Of a stretch of 55,025 nt of DNA, positions 39,198-49,307 are shown one piece after another (the stretch's first letter is position 1; every line of letters starts with the position of its first letter). The position numbers and the translations under genes were made by a program. The DNA lies in NCBI GenBank assembly GCA_905478465.1, contig CAJQIN010000017.1, positions 1 to 55,025 on the forward strand, written 5' to 3'. The DNA comes from Minisyncoccota bacterium (GTDB lineage: Bacteria; Patescibacteriota; Minisyncoccia; Phycocordibacterales; CAJQIN01). Under the pieces are notes generated by a model. The model saw only the letters and a list, made by a program, of their open reading frames with translations. It was not told the DNA's origin and searched no databases.

Positions 39198-39665
39198 ATG
39201 TTAGAGGAAAAAGAATATTTAACAAAAGAAAAACATGAAGAATTTAAGATTGAGCTTGAGTTTCTTAAGCATGATAAACGTCGAGAAATTGCACAAAATC
39301 TAGAGTATGCAAAATCACTTGGTGATTTGTCTGAAAACGCCGAATACCACACTGCACGAGAGGCCCAAGCAAAGCTTGAAGATAGAATTTTGAAACTTAC
39401 TGATCTTATAAAAACAGCAGAAATTATCGATAATCATGACAAGAAAACGGTTTCAGCTGGTTCAGTTGTGACAATAAAAAGAAAAGATACAGGTGATACG
39501 TATGAATACACGCTTGTTGGGTCTGAAGAAACTGACATGTCTACGGGAAAAATATCTAACAAGTCACCGCTTGGACAAGCAATGATAGAAAAAAAGAAAG
39601 GAGAAGATTTTACCGTAATGACACCAGGAGGAGAGGTTGTATATACAATTCAAAGTATCAAGTAA
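39198..39665 (+). CDS. greA: transcription elongation factor GreA
   Basis: GDLSENAEY, ISNKSPLG. Confidence 0.96.
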   Translation: MLEEKEYLTKEKHEEFKIELEFLKHDKRREIAQNLEYAKSLGDLSENAEYHTAREAQAKLEDRILKLTDLIKTAEIIDNHDKKTVSAGSVVTIKRKDTGDTYEYTLVGSEETDMSTGKISNKSPLGQAMIEKKKGEDFTVMTPGGEVVYTIQSIK

Positions 39666-39685
39666 TTGTTTTTTAGAAAAATTAA

Positions 39686-39720
39686 AAAATACCACCTAAA
39701 CTTTGTTTGGGTGGTATTTT
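39686..39720 (+). terminator. Rho-independent terminator after greA
   Basis: AAAATACCACCTAAAC-TTT-GTTTGGGTGGTATTTT. Confidence 0.75.
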
Positions 39721-39774
39721 ACTAAAATTAAGTACTAATGACTACGATCTAATTCATGTTATACTATCGCTTAT

Positions 39775-41259
39775 ATGGCATCACTAGAAGAAATAAGAAC
39801 TGCACGACTTGCAAAACTTGAAGTATTATCTGCTCGAGGAATTGATGCGTATCCAGCACGCGTTACTCGAACACATAGCACAAAAGATTTGAAAGAAAAT
39901 TTTGAGTCTCTTGAAAAAGGGGGAAAGAAAGTTTCTGTTGTTGGACGAATTATGTCTATGCGTGGACAGGGGGCGCTTGTTTTCGTGGACCTTTTTGATG
40001 GTACAGATAAAGTTCAGGCGCTCTTAAAGTCTGATGAAAAAATTGCATACACAGGATTAGAAACAGAAGAGCCTTTTGAATTATTTAAAAATACTGTCGA
40101 TCATGGAGATTTTATAGAAGTAACAGGAACTCTTTTTGTTAGTAAGAGGGGAGAGCAAACTATTCTTGTTGGAGAGTGGAAAATGCTTGCCAAGAGTCTC
40201 CGTCCAGTACCAGATGAATGGTATGGATTAAAAGACGAGGATGAACGATACAGAAAAAGATATCTGGATATACTTTTGAATACTGAGGTGCGAGAACGTA
40301 TACAACGTCGATCGGTTTTTTGGAATTCTATGAGAAACTTTCTTATCGAGCGTGGTTTCATGGAAGTAGAAACACCTGTTTTAGAGAATACTCCTGGAGG
40401 GGCAGATGCTCGTCCTTTTATGACGCATCACAATGCTCTAGATATAGATGTGTATCTACGTATTTCTGGTGGAGAACTAAGACAGAAAGAGCTTCTTGTT
40501 GCAGGTTTTCCAAAGGTGTTTGAAATAGGGCGAATTTTTCGTAATGAAGGAATGTCATATGAGCATTTACAGGACTATACTCAGATTGAGTTTTATCAAG
40601 CCTATTCAGATTATACAGAAGGTATGAAAATGCTTACTGAACTATATCGATATGTAGCTCAAAAAACATTTGGTAAAACGGTATTTACTATTGGTGAGCA
40701 AGAAGTTGATTTGGCAAAAGAATGGGAGATATATGATTATGTAGAAATCATTAAAGAAAAGACAGGAGTTAATGTTCTTGAAGCAAATATCGAAGAACTT
40801 GTAGAAAAAATGAAAGAACTTTCAATAAAATTTGATCCCAAGGAAATTAATAAAGAACGAGCCACTGATCTTATTTGGAAAAAAATCCGAAAAGAAATAA
40901 CGGGTCCAGGTTTCCTTATTAACGTTCCTGTTTTTATGGAACCACTTGCAAAGAAAAGTGAAAAGAATCTTGAAACTGTAGAGCGTTTTCAGATTATTCT
41001 TGGTGGAAGTGAAATGGGTAAAGGATTCAGTGAACTTAATAATCCTCTTGATCAGAGAGAACGATTTGAACATCAAGAAGAGCTTCGGGCTGCGGGTGAT
41101 GATGAAGCGCATATGAAAGATGATGCGTACATAGAAGCTATGGAATATGGAATGCCCCCTGCTTTTGGTTTTGGTATCAGTGAGAGACTTTTTGCAGTAC
41201 TTGAAGGTGTATCAGTTCGTGAAGGACAGATTTTTCCAATGATGAGGCCTAAGGAATAA
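39775..41259 (+). CDS. lysS: lysine--tRNA ligase, class II
   Basis: RYRKRYLD, GGADARPF.THHN, FRNEG, YGMPP..G.G. Confidence 0.96.
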   Translation: MASLEEIRTARLAKLEVLSARGIDAYPARVTRTHSTKDLKENFESLEKGGKKVSVVGRIMSMRGQGALVFVDLFDGTDKVQALLKSDEKIAYTGLETEEPFELFKNTVDHGDFIEVTGTLFVSKRGEQTILVGEWKMLAKSLRPVPDEWYGLKDEDERYRKRYLDILLNTEVRERIQRRSVFWNSMRNFLIERGFMEVETPVLENTPGGADARPFMTHHNALDIDVYLRISGGELRQKELLVAGFPKVFEIGRIFRNEGMSYEHLQDYTQIEFYQAYSDYTEGMKMLTELYRYVAQKTFGKTVFTIGEQEVDLAKEWEIYDYVEIIKEKTGVNVLEANIEELVEKMKELSIKFDPKEINKERATDLIWKKIRKEITGPGFLINVPVFMEPLAKKSEKNLETVERFQIILGGSEMGKGFSELNNPLDQRERFEHQEELRAAGDDEAHMKDDAYIEAMEYGMPPAFGFGISERLFAVLEGVSVREGQIFPMMRPKE

Positions 41260-41277
41260 TTTAGGTATTTAGTCTTA

Positions 41278-41319
41278 TGCAAAAAACATGTCTCGATTTA
41301 TCGAGACATGTTTTTTGCA
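41278..41319 (+). terminator. Rho-independent terminator after lysS
   Basis: Perfect 20-bp inverted repeat TGCAAAAAACATGTCTCGAT-TT-ATCGAGACATGTTTTTTGCA. Confidence 0.8.
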
Positions 41320-41365
41320 CATTATCTGGGGTTTAAATAAGGTGTTGTGTTTTAATGTTATCTGT

Positions 41366-41434
41366 TGTGGATAACTTCCTTTAGGTAAGTGGGTGATGGT
41401 GGTATATAATGGTAAGCAAGTGGGATAAAGTGGG
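41366..41434 (+). promoter_or_regulatory. dcw promoter: DnaA box, MraZ-binding repeats and -10 box
   Basis: TGTGGATAA 41366-74; GTGGG-like repeats at 41389, 41399, 41409, 41420, 41430; TATAAT 41405-10. Confidence 0.8.
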
Positions 41435-41591
41435 AAGTTTGATACACACTAAGTATTACATTTTCTATGAACTCACGAGCCGTTGTTAGTCCCTTCTTTG
41501 AGATTAGATACGCTAACGTAGACAATCTTAGGGTAAGGGGCGCCCCTCTGGGGTTTATAGTTTTGAATCTTGCATCTTAATTAGCATCATT

Positions 41592-42026
41592 ATGTTTATC
41601 GGAGAATACATTCATACAGTTGACGAAAAAAAACGAATTTCACTTCCTTCCAAGTTTCGAAAAGAAGTAGGAAAAAAACTCGTAGTTACTCGTGGACTTG
41701 ATAGTTGTCTTTTTCTTTATACAGAAGGTGAGTGGAAAAGAATTGCAGATCAACTCGGAACTTTAGGAATGGCAGGTAGTGATCAAAGAGGTATTAGTCG
41801 TTTTATGTTTGCAGGTGCGCAAGAAGTATCTGTTGATGGTGTGGGAAGAATTTTAATTCCAGATCATTTAAAGACATTTGCAGGAATGAAAGGAAAAGTG
41901 GTTTTTGCAGGCGTACATAACAGAATAGAATTATGGGACGAGAAGAAATGGCAAACCTATAAGAAGGTTATGGAGACACAAGCGGAAAAGCTTTCAGAAA
42001 AACTTGGTGATATTGGTGCTTTCTAA
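41592..42026 (+). CDS. mraZ: division/cell wall cluster repressor MraZ
   Basis: MFIGEY.H.VDEK.R..LPSKFR; D..GRILIP; RIELWD. Confidence 0.96.
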   Translation: MFIGEYIHTVDEKKRISLPSKFRKEVGKKLVVTRGLDSCLFLYTEGEWKRIADQLGTLGMAGSDQRGISRFMFAGAQEVSVDGVGRILIPDHLKTFAGMKGKVVFAGVHNRIELWDEKKWQTYKKVMETQAEKLSEKLGDIGAF

Positions 42027-42027
42027 T

Positions 42028-42918
42028 ATGACAGACACACAGCATATACCAGTTCTTTTACATGAATCAATACAAGGACTCTCTCTCAAGAAAGGAGACA
42101 CACTAATCGACGCAACATTTGGCGCCGGTGGTCATACTCAGGAAGTAGTTAGTCAATTTGGAAAAGATATACATATTATCGCTCTTGATCGGGATGAAGA
42201 TGCTGTTCTTAAGGGTAAAGAAAGATTTAATAAACAAGAATGTCATCTAGATATTGTGCATGCGAATTACACAGAACTTCTAGAGGTAATCAAAGAAAAA
42301 GGAGTTGACGAGGTAGATGCTATACTCTTTGATCTAGGAACATCTGTTGATCAGCTTAAAACATCGGGAAGGGGATTCACCTTTGAAAAAGATGAATCAC
42401 TTGAAATGACAATGGGCAAGAATGAGTTTAACGCAAGAGATATCGTTAACTTATGGTCCGCAGAGACACTAACGACCATCATTAAGGCATACGGAGAAGA
42501 ACAATTTGCTTGGAAAATTGCTCAGAAGATTATAGAAAAGAGAGAAGAGAAACCTATAGAAACAACCTTTGAGCTTGTAGAGATTATCAAGCAGGCTACT
42601 CCAAAGTTTTATCATTTTAAAAAAATACATCCGGCAACAAAAACATTTCAAGCCTTACGGATTGCGGTTAACGATGAAATACAAGGTGTGCAAAAGGGTA
42701 TCAGGCAAGCATTTGAAATATTGTCTCCAGGAGGAAGAATTTCGGTCATATCATTCCATAGCCTGGAAGATCGAGAAGTGAAGAGATATTTTAGAGAGTT
42801 AGAGGATGAGGGTTTGGCTATAAGGATTACCAAGAAGCCGATTACTCCTACTGAAGAAGAGATACAGGATAATAGAAAATCACGCAGTGCAAAGTTACGA
42901 ATAACAGAAAAAATATAA
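42028..42918 (+). CDS. rsmH: 16S rRNA m4C1402 methyltransferase
   Basis: HIPVLL, DATFGAGGH, DLG.S, FQALRIAVN, SFHSLEDR, SRSAKLR. Confidence 0.96.
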   Translation: MTDTQHIPVLLHESIQGLSLKKGDTLIDATFGAGGHTQEVVSQFGKDIHIIALDRDEDAVLKGKERFNKQECHLDIVHANYTELLEVIKEKGVDEVDAILFDLGTSVDQLKTSGRGFTFEKDESLEMTMGKNEFNARDIVNLWSAETLTTIIKAYGEEQFAWKIAQKIIEKREEKPIETTFELVEIIKQATPKFYHFKKIHPATKTFQALRIAVNDEIQGVQKGIRQAFEILSPGGRISVISFHSLEDREVKRYFRELEDEGLAIRITKKPITPTEEEIQDNRKSRSAKLRITEKI

Positions 42919-43238
42919 TGAAAACATTACTACATTTACATAAAGAAAAAATCATTACATGGACATTATTGTTCACCATAGTATTTTCATTTGTTTCGTA
43001 TATATATTTAGTAAATCGCACAGTACTAAACGTTGTTGCTAGAGAGGAAGTGGAAACAGTTCTTTCTACGTTAGGTACAAAAGTCAGTGAGTTAGAATTT
43101 AAGTACATATCTTTAAAAAATGTTGTCACTATGCAATATGCATATGATAGGGGTTTTACTAAAATTGACGAAGGAAGGGATGTTTATTTCGCAGTACGTA
43201 GTGGATCACGAGATCTTTCTGTAAATACGACACAATAA
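42918..43238 (+). CDS. FtsL-like cell division protein
   Basis: TM plus coiled coil, between rsmH and ftsI. Confidence 0.65.
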   Translation: MKTLLHLHKEKIITWTLLFTIVFSFVSYIYLVNRTVLNVVAREEVETVLSTLGTKVSELEFKYISLKNVVTMQYAYDRGFTKIDEGRDVYFAVRSGSRDLSVNTTQ

Positions 43239-43242
43239 AAAC

Positions 43243-44943
43243 ATGAAAAATTCAGCAAACATCCGAATTAAAATACTTTCGGTGTGTGTTGTTTTTTGCG
43301 GTGTATTTTTGATGACACGTTTGTATTATGTACAAATTTTACACGGGGAAGAATTTTCTTTGAGGGCAGATCGCCAATACGTACGTCCTAATCATTCTCT
43401 TTTTAACAGGGGAACAATTTTTTTTGAAACAAAAGATGGTGAACGTATTCCTGCTGCTACGCTAAAAACTGGTTACATTGTCTCCATTAATCCCTCTTTA
43501 TTGGAAAATCCTAAAGACACATATGTGGCTATAGAGTCTCTTATTGACGTAGATAAAGAAGATTTTTTCTCGAAAGCTTCAAAAGTAGATGATCCCTATG
43601 AAGAAATAGCTAGTAGAGTAAATCAAGAAACGGCTGATGCTATTTTGGATCTTCAGATGACAGGGCTACAAGTTAGTAAAGAAAAGTGGCGCTACTATCC
43701 TGGAGGAGAAATGGCTGCACAAACGTTAGGAATTATTGCATATAGCGGTGATGAGCTTGCGGGACGATATGGTTTGGAGCGTTCGTATGAACAAGTACTT
43801 GGTCGGACTGAGGGTAATGTATATGTGAACTTTTTCGCAGAAATTTTCTCAAATATTCGTGATGTGGTGACATACTCTGAAGATAAAGAAGGAGATGTCG
43901 TGACAACTATTGAGCCAAATGTTCAGGCCTTTCTTGAACAGAAGCTGAGAGATACACAAGAGGAATGGGATTCTGTACAAGTGGGTGGTATTGTCATTGA
44001 TCCACAAACGGGAGAAGTTGTGGCGCTTGGGTCATATCCAACATTTAACCCAAATGATTTTTCTGGAGAAAGCTTATCGGCTTTTATTAATCCGCTTGTA
44101 GAGGATGTGTATGAGATGGGTTCTATTGTAAAAGCTCTGACTGTAGCGGCAGGTCTAGATTCTGGAGTTATTACTCCAGAGAGTACATATTATGACGCCG
44201 GATATTTGGTGTTGAACGGATCTCGTATAGAAAACTATGATGGTAAAGGAAGGGGTACTGTTCCGATGCAGGAAATATTAAGTCAGTCTCTGAACACTGG
44301 TGCTGCTTACGTGGCATCAGAATTGGGAAACGAAATTTTCTCACAATATATGTTTGATTATGGTCTCGGAGAAGTTTCAGGGATAGACCTGCCAAATGAT
44401 ACACTGGGTTTGACTGCTAATTTAAATTCTCCTCGTGAAATTGAGCATGCAACTGCTTCATATGGACAAGGTGTTGCTGTGACACCTATGACTATAACAA
44501 GAGCGTTGTCCGTATTGGCAAATGGAGGTAGACTCATTACTCCTCATATAGTAAAAGAAGTTAATTATATATATGGCTTACCAAATAAAACTGAAATACA
44601 AGAAAAAAGAGTTTTGAAAGAGGGTACTGCCGAGGATATTAGTCGTATGCTGACTACTGTTGTAGATGATGCTTTACTTGGTGGTACAGTTAATCTGGAG
44701 CGATATTCTATAGCTGCCAAAACAGGAACTGCTCAGGTTGCATCAGAAGACGGTGGGTACTATGATGACAAATATCTACATACATTTTTTGGATATTTTC
44801 CTTCGTATGATGCAAAATTTCTTATTTTCTTGTATGTAAAGTTTCCACAAGGAGAGCGATATGCATCACATACTCTTACGTATCCTTTTATGGACATGAC
44901 AAACTTTTTAATTAATTATTATGATATACCGCCTGACAGGTAA
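43243..44943 (+). CDS. ftsI: FtsI/PBP3-type transpeptidase
   Basis: RYYP, EMGSIVK (SxxK), SLN, AKTGTAQ; dcw position. Confidence 0.9.
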   Translation: MKNSANIRIKILSVCVVFCGVFLMTRLYYVQILHGEEFSLRADRQYVRPNHSLFNRGTIFFETKDGERIPAATLKTGYIVSINPSLLENPKDTYVAIESLIDVDKEDFFSKASKVDDPYEEIASRVNQETADAILDLQMTGLQVSKEKWRYYPGGEMAAQTLGIIAYSGDELAGRYGLERSYEQVLGRTEGNVYVNFFAEIFSNIRDVVTYSEDKEGDVVTTIEPNVQAFLEQKLRDTQEEWDSVQVGGIVIDPQTGEVVALGSYPTFNPNDFSGESLSAFINPLVEDVYEMGSIVKALTVAAGLDSGVITPESTYYDAGYLVLNGSRIENYDGKGRGTVPMQEILSQSLNTGAAYVASELGNEIFSQYMFDYGLGEVSGIDLPNDTLGLTANLNSPREIEHATASYGQGVAVTPMTITRALSVLANGGRLITPHIVKEVNYIYGLPNKTEIQEKRVLKEGTAEDISRMLTTVVDDALLGGTVNLERYSIAAKTGTAQVASEDGGYYDDKYLHTFFGYFPSYDAKFLIFLYVKFPQGERYASHTLTYPFMDMTNFLINYYDIPPDR

Positions 44944-44958
44944 CTCTTTGTACTTATT

Positions 44959-46271
44959 ATGAAAAAAATAACAAAAAAAATTCTAAGAAGTTTAATTACA
45001 GGAATTTTAAATATGGAGGCTCGTTTTGTCTTATGGAGATATCGTCCAAAAATTGTAGTAGTGACTGGAACTGTGGGTAAGACATCAACAAAAGATGCAG
45101 TTTTTGCAGTATTCGATACTCTTTTTACAACACGAAAAAGTGACAAAAGTTTCAATAGTGAAATAGGGGTACCTCTTACTATACTCGGATTACCAAATGC
45201 CTGGGGGAGCCTTTCTGGATGGATGAAAAATATCTTGAGAGGTTTTGTATGTATGCTTTCATCTCCTAAATATCCGGAGTGGCTTATCATTGAGATGGGT
45301 ACAGATAGGCCAGAGATATGAGTAGTATTTCAAAATGGCTACATCCTGATATTGTTGTGGCTACACGTTTTGCAGAAATACCTGTGCATGTTGAAAATTT
45401 TAAAAGTCCAGAAGATGTAATTAAAGAAGAGCAGTCTATTGCATATGCTCTTTCTCAGGAAGGTGTGCTAGTTGCCAATAATGATGATCCTATATCTGTA
45501 TCTTTGCGTGACGCACTTCATGTGCAAGGAGTATCTTTTGGTATGACTGAGAAAGCTGGTGTAAATGCAACACATCTAGAAATTTTATATAAAAAAGTGG
45601 GAGAGCAGACATTCCCAGATGGAGTTCGTTTTCGGGCAAATCACAAAGAAGCTAGTGTACCCATTACTATTCAAGGAGCTCTCGGTGTACAGCATGTGTA
45701 CCCCGTGATAGCTGCTCTGGCAACAGGTATTTCACAAGGTATTAACCTTGTGAAGCTAGGACAGGTATTTGATAGCTACGAGACGCCACGGGGACGTATG
45801 AGGCTCTTAGAGGGTAAATATGAGAGTCTACTCATTGATGACAGTTATAACTCTTCTCCAGTGGCTGCAGAACAAGCACTTATTACATTAAAAAACATAG
45901 AAACAAAAGGTAGAAGAATTGTTGTCTTTGGGGACATGAAAGAGCTTGGGGTATATGCAGAAAAAGAACATGTGCGTATCGGTAAAATCGCAGGTGAATA
46001 TGCGGACATGTTTATTGTGGTTGGAGAGCATTGTTCATATTTTTTAAAAGGAGCAGAAGTTTCTGGTTTAAAAAATTCTCAAATGTCTGCGCACAAGGAT
46101 GCTGAGAGTGCCGGAATCTTTTTGCAAGACAAAATCCAGGCTGGAGATATTGTTTTAATAAAAGGATCACAGTCTATTCGTTTGGAAAAAATAGTAGAAA
46201 AATTAATGCTACATCCTGAGTATGCAAAAAATCTTCTTGTTAGACAAGAAGATGAGTGGAATAAAAGATAA
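44959..46271 (+). pseudogene. murF: MurF ligase split by a 1-bp frameshift near 45313 (ORFs 44959-45321 and 45318-46271)
   Basis: TGTVGKTSTK, FNSEIGVPL, EMGTDRP in ORF 1; GRM, DDSYNSSP, GDMKELG, IKGSQ in ORF 2. May be a sequencing error or a functional split gene. Confidence 0.75.
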
Positions 46272-46272
46272 A

Positions 46273-46899
46273 TTACAAAATAGCTTCAATATCTTTTTTT
46301 GAAATAGGTCCTTCACGAAGGATATTTATTTTATCTCCGGTTAAGTCAACAATTGTTGAAGGAATGTGATTCTCTAAAGGCCCTTGGTCGATAGCTGTGT
46401 CTATTTCAGGAAGCTGGTTAATAATTTCTGGAACATTTGTTAGTTCCGGAAAGCTACTCTTATTGGCACTGGTAGTGGTTATTGGTTTTCCAAGTTGTTT
46501 GATAAGTTCAAGAATAAATGGATGTTCAGGAATACGTATACCTATAGTGTTTCCTCCGGCAACTACTTCATCAGGGAGTTTATGTGTTCTGGGAAGAATT
46601 AGGGTTAATGGTCCCGGAAGAAAAGTGGAAATAATTTTTTCTGTGCGTATATCAACCTTTGCATATATTTTTAACATTTCAATATCAGATACGGCGATAC
46701 TGAATGGTTTTGTGTATTCTCGTTCTTTTAGAGTGTAGAGTTTCTTGGTTGCTTCTATGTTAGTGGCATCAACTCCTAGGCCATAAACAGTATCGGTGGG
46801 GTAGAGAAGGGTATTTCCTTTTTGTAACGTAAAGAGGGCTTTTTTCAAAGTTTTTGGTGTGTATGTGTCAGGTGATTGTATAGACAGTATGTGTGTCAT
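46273..46899 (-). CDS. L-threonylcarbamoyladenylate synthase (TsaC/YrdC/Sua5)
   Basis: YPTDTVYGL, PGPLTLIL, TTSAN.S, STIVD, LREG; start set at ATG 46899. Confidence 0.92.
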   Translation of the reverse strand: MTHILSIQSPDTYTPKTLKKALFTLQKGNTLLYPTDTVYGLGVDATNIEATKKLYTLKEREYTKPFSIAVSDIEMLKIYAKVDIRTEKIISTFLPGPLTLILPRTHKLPDEVVAGGNTIGIRIPEHPFILELIKQLGKPITTTSANKSSFPELTNVPEIINQLPEIDTAIDQGPLENHIPSTIVDLTGDKINILREGPISKKDIEAIL

Positions 46900-46951
46900 A
46901 TGAACAAAAATGAATATTAGCAGGTTTTTTATTTTTTGGGTATAAAAAGAA

Positions 46952-46978
46952 AAACCGGACCCCGTTGGGATCCGGTTT
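46952..46978 (-). terminator. Rho-independent terminator of the SPFH gene
   Basis: AAACCGGA..CC..GG..TCCGGTTT hairpin followed by T-run on the minus strand. Confidence 0.7.
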
Positions 46979-46996
46979 ATTATAAACACAACAGCA

Positions 46997-48322
46997 TTAG
47001 TTATTGGCCGATGAAATAGCCTCTCTTGTGACGGGGGTAGGCCGGCCGATGTTCTGCATGTCAAGCAGAAGATCTTTGGCCGTTTTGACCGAGAACATTT
47101 GGATTAGGTCCATAGCAGCATTGCCACCTTGCGCCTGAACACCATTGGTTCCAGTCGTATTCCCGAACTGAATGTCCGGAACCCACTTCTGCTTCTCGAT
47201 GGCCTCGGCGTAACGTTGGTTAATTTTGACCCAGGCTTCGAGTTTCTGTTCTAGGGCGCCGTCGGCTTCCATGACTGTGCGTTTGTATGCTCCGTCACCT
47301 TCGCCGCGGAGTTCCTGCTCCTCTTTGTACTCAGCAGCTGCCAACTTTTTCTGCTCGGCTTCCATTTTCTCCTGCTCAGCAACTAGCACATTCTGGGTAG
47401 CTTCTATAACTGCCACTTGTTGCTTTTGCTCAGCCTCGACGATGGCCTTTTCTTTGTCGACTTCTTTTTCGTACTTGGCTGTCATCACAGAAGCTTTACC
47501 CTTTTCTTCGGCCGTGATTGCTTCTTGCTTAGCTTGTTCGGCCTGCGCTTTAGCAGTGATGATCGCCATGGTCGCTTCGCGCTTTGTGGAAATTTGCTGG
47601 AGTGTTTTATCTTCGAAATTCCAGTCAACGATCTGATGTCCAGAGACGGTGAAGCCATAAACGGACAGGTCACCTTTTTGATGAACCATCATGCCATCTT
47701 TTCCGACAACTATCCGAGGAACGTTCTTGACGACAGTCTTGCCCGTCGTCTCGTCAGTCTGAACAACTTCTTCGATTTCGGTCTGGAATTTACCTTTGGT
47801 GAGCTGTTCTTTGGACCACTCGGTGTAGGTACTACGCTTTTCAGCATAGGCTTCTTCGGACGTCATGAGTCCTGCGGTAAGGTTCATGGCTTCTTCTGTC
47901 ACAGGCTTGACCAGTTTGAAGGCAACGCCACTATCACTGCGAAATGCCTTATGTAACTCGACCATTGTTTTTTCATCCTTGGGTAGATCGAAACGTGTGA
48001 CACCATAGATGGTGCCCGTGCCGCCGTCTTGGTAACGGACAGCAATGCCTGTTTGCTGGATTGATGCGTCATCGTTGTTGCTCTGGTCTTTGTCGTAGTC
48101 GAAGGTTAGAACATCTTGGTAAACGGTCTCTTTGCCGAACCATGTCCAGTAGAAACCAGGTTCAAATTTGACAACAATTGTGCCGGTCGGATACTGGATG
48201 ACTGTGCGATGACCGGCATCATTGACGCCGGAAATCATGAACATCATAATGATGAGAATGACTGTGAAAACACCGGTAAAGATTACCTTGATGGGAATAT
48301 CGATCGTTTCCGATTTAAACAT
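46997..48322 (-). CDS. SPFH/band-7 domain membrane protein with long coiled coil
   Basis: N-terminal TM, V.AGHR.VIQ..PG beta domain, Ala/Glu/Lys/Gln-rich heptads; AAAGGA SD before ATG 48322. Confidence 0.78.
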   Translation of the reverse strand: MFKSETIDIPIKVIFTGVFTVILIIMMFMISGVNDAGHRTVIQYPTGTIVVKFEPGFYWTWFGKETVYQDVLTFDYDKDQSNNDDASIQQTGIAVRYQDGGTGTIYGVTRFDLPKDEKTMVELHKAFRSDSGVAFKLVKPVTEEAMNLTAGLMTSEEAYAEKRSTYTEWSKEQLTKGKFQTEIEEVVQTDETTGKTVVKNVPRIVVGKDGMMVHQKGDLSVYGFTVSGHQIVDWNFEDKTLQQISTKREATMAIITAKAQAEQAKQEAITAEEKGKASVMTAKYEKEVDKEKAIVEAEQKQQVAVIEATQNVLVAEQEKMEAEQKKLAAAEYKEEQELRGEGDGAYKRTVMEADGALEQKLEAWVKINQRYAEAIEKQKWVPDIQFGNTTGTNGVQAQGGNAAMDLIQMFSVKTAKDLLLDMQNIGRPTPVTREAISSANN

Positions 48323-48405
48323 GTGCTCTGTTCCTTTCGAGAAAAGCTGTACAATATTAGAGCTTCGCAACGTGCGAAGCTCTTGATTTTATTACCCTTC
48401 AGACT

Positions 48406-48582
48406 TTAGCTGATCCTCTGTTTGATTTTTTTGGCTTCTTTTTCAATTGACATTGCCTTCGAATCAAGTTGGGCCTGCGTAAGACTTTCCTGAGCATTGC
48501 TAATACGTCGCCACTTGATAAACTCTTTGACGGCATAGCATGCTGTCGCAATAATAAGAATAACGAACACTATCTTGAACAT
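48406..48582 (-). CDS. small single-TM protein upstream of the SPFH gene
   Basis: AGAAGGAG SD; MFKIVFVILIIATACYAV plus charged helix, 58 aa. Confidence 0.7.
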   Translation of the reverse strand: MFKIVFVILIIATACYAVKEFIKWRRISNAQESLTQAQLDSKAMSIEKEAKKIKQRIS

Positions 48583-48836
48583 GAGAGTACTCCTTCTGTT
48601 GTGTGTTATGTAAATGAACATACTATTTAGACTGGAAACATTCCAGACTAAATTAAAACCTATAAAAATCTAACATAGTAAAGTTTTTTGTCAAGTACGT
48701 GTAAATAGATTAGGTTGTCTTTTGGGGAACTCTGGTCTTATATAAACATTAGTTTTTAGATATCTAAAAAACAAGTACAAATAAACCTAATCAAAAAAAT
48801 ATTGTAAATATTTTGCAAAATAAGGCTTAAAATTTG

Positions 48837-48908
48837 TGACCCTACGGGGAATCGAACCCCGGTTTCAGCCTTGAGAAGGCTACGTCCTAGCCGCTAGACG
48901 ATAGGGCC
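48837..48908 (-). tRNA. tRNA-Glu(CTC), CCA not encoded
   Basis: GGCCCTATCGTCTAGCGGCTAGGACGTAGCCTTCTCAAGGCTGAAACCGGGGTTCGATTCCCCGTAGGGTCA cloverleaf. Confidence 0.95.
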
Positions 48909-49041
48909 AAAAAAATAAAACTCAAGGTGCTTACTTTATAAAAATAATACACAAAACCTTAAGAATGAAGAAATAGTAGCATTTTTGTATGAAAAGGCAA
49001 AAATAAAAGAGTCATACGTTTTTTGCGTATGACTCTGTTAA

Positions 49042-49233
49042 TTAAGAATTTGTTCCCATTATAGAAAGGCCAAGTTTGATATTTCTTCTTCCTTGTTTTG
49101 TTTGAGTAGGAACAGGAATATCTTTGATTTCTTGGTAGGCCACTTTGTATTCAGGCGTCTTCCATTTTTTTTCAAAAAATACAGATAACCTGATAATGGG
49201 TTTCCATATGTCCCAGCAAGATTGAATTTCCAT
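49042..49233 (-). CDS. small hypothetical protein
   Basis: 63 aa, AGAGAGGT SD-like site upstream, hairpin AGAGTCATACG/CGTATGACTCT just downstream. Confidence 0.5.
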   Translation of the reverse strand: MEIQSCWDIWKPIIRLSVFFEKKWKTPEYKVAYQEIKDIPVPTQTKQGRRNIKLGLSIMGTNS

Positions 49234-49307
49234 TAGAAACCTCTCTTTTCTCTTAGTTATTATTTTGTTTACTTTACTCTGTACAAACAGTATCTTGATT
49301 TTATTGA

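Noticed and set aside
46900-47064. 55-aa N-terminal extension of TsaC in the ORF track
   Set aside because: It overlaps the SPFH gene end and its terminator; ATG 46899 gives a normal-length protein.
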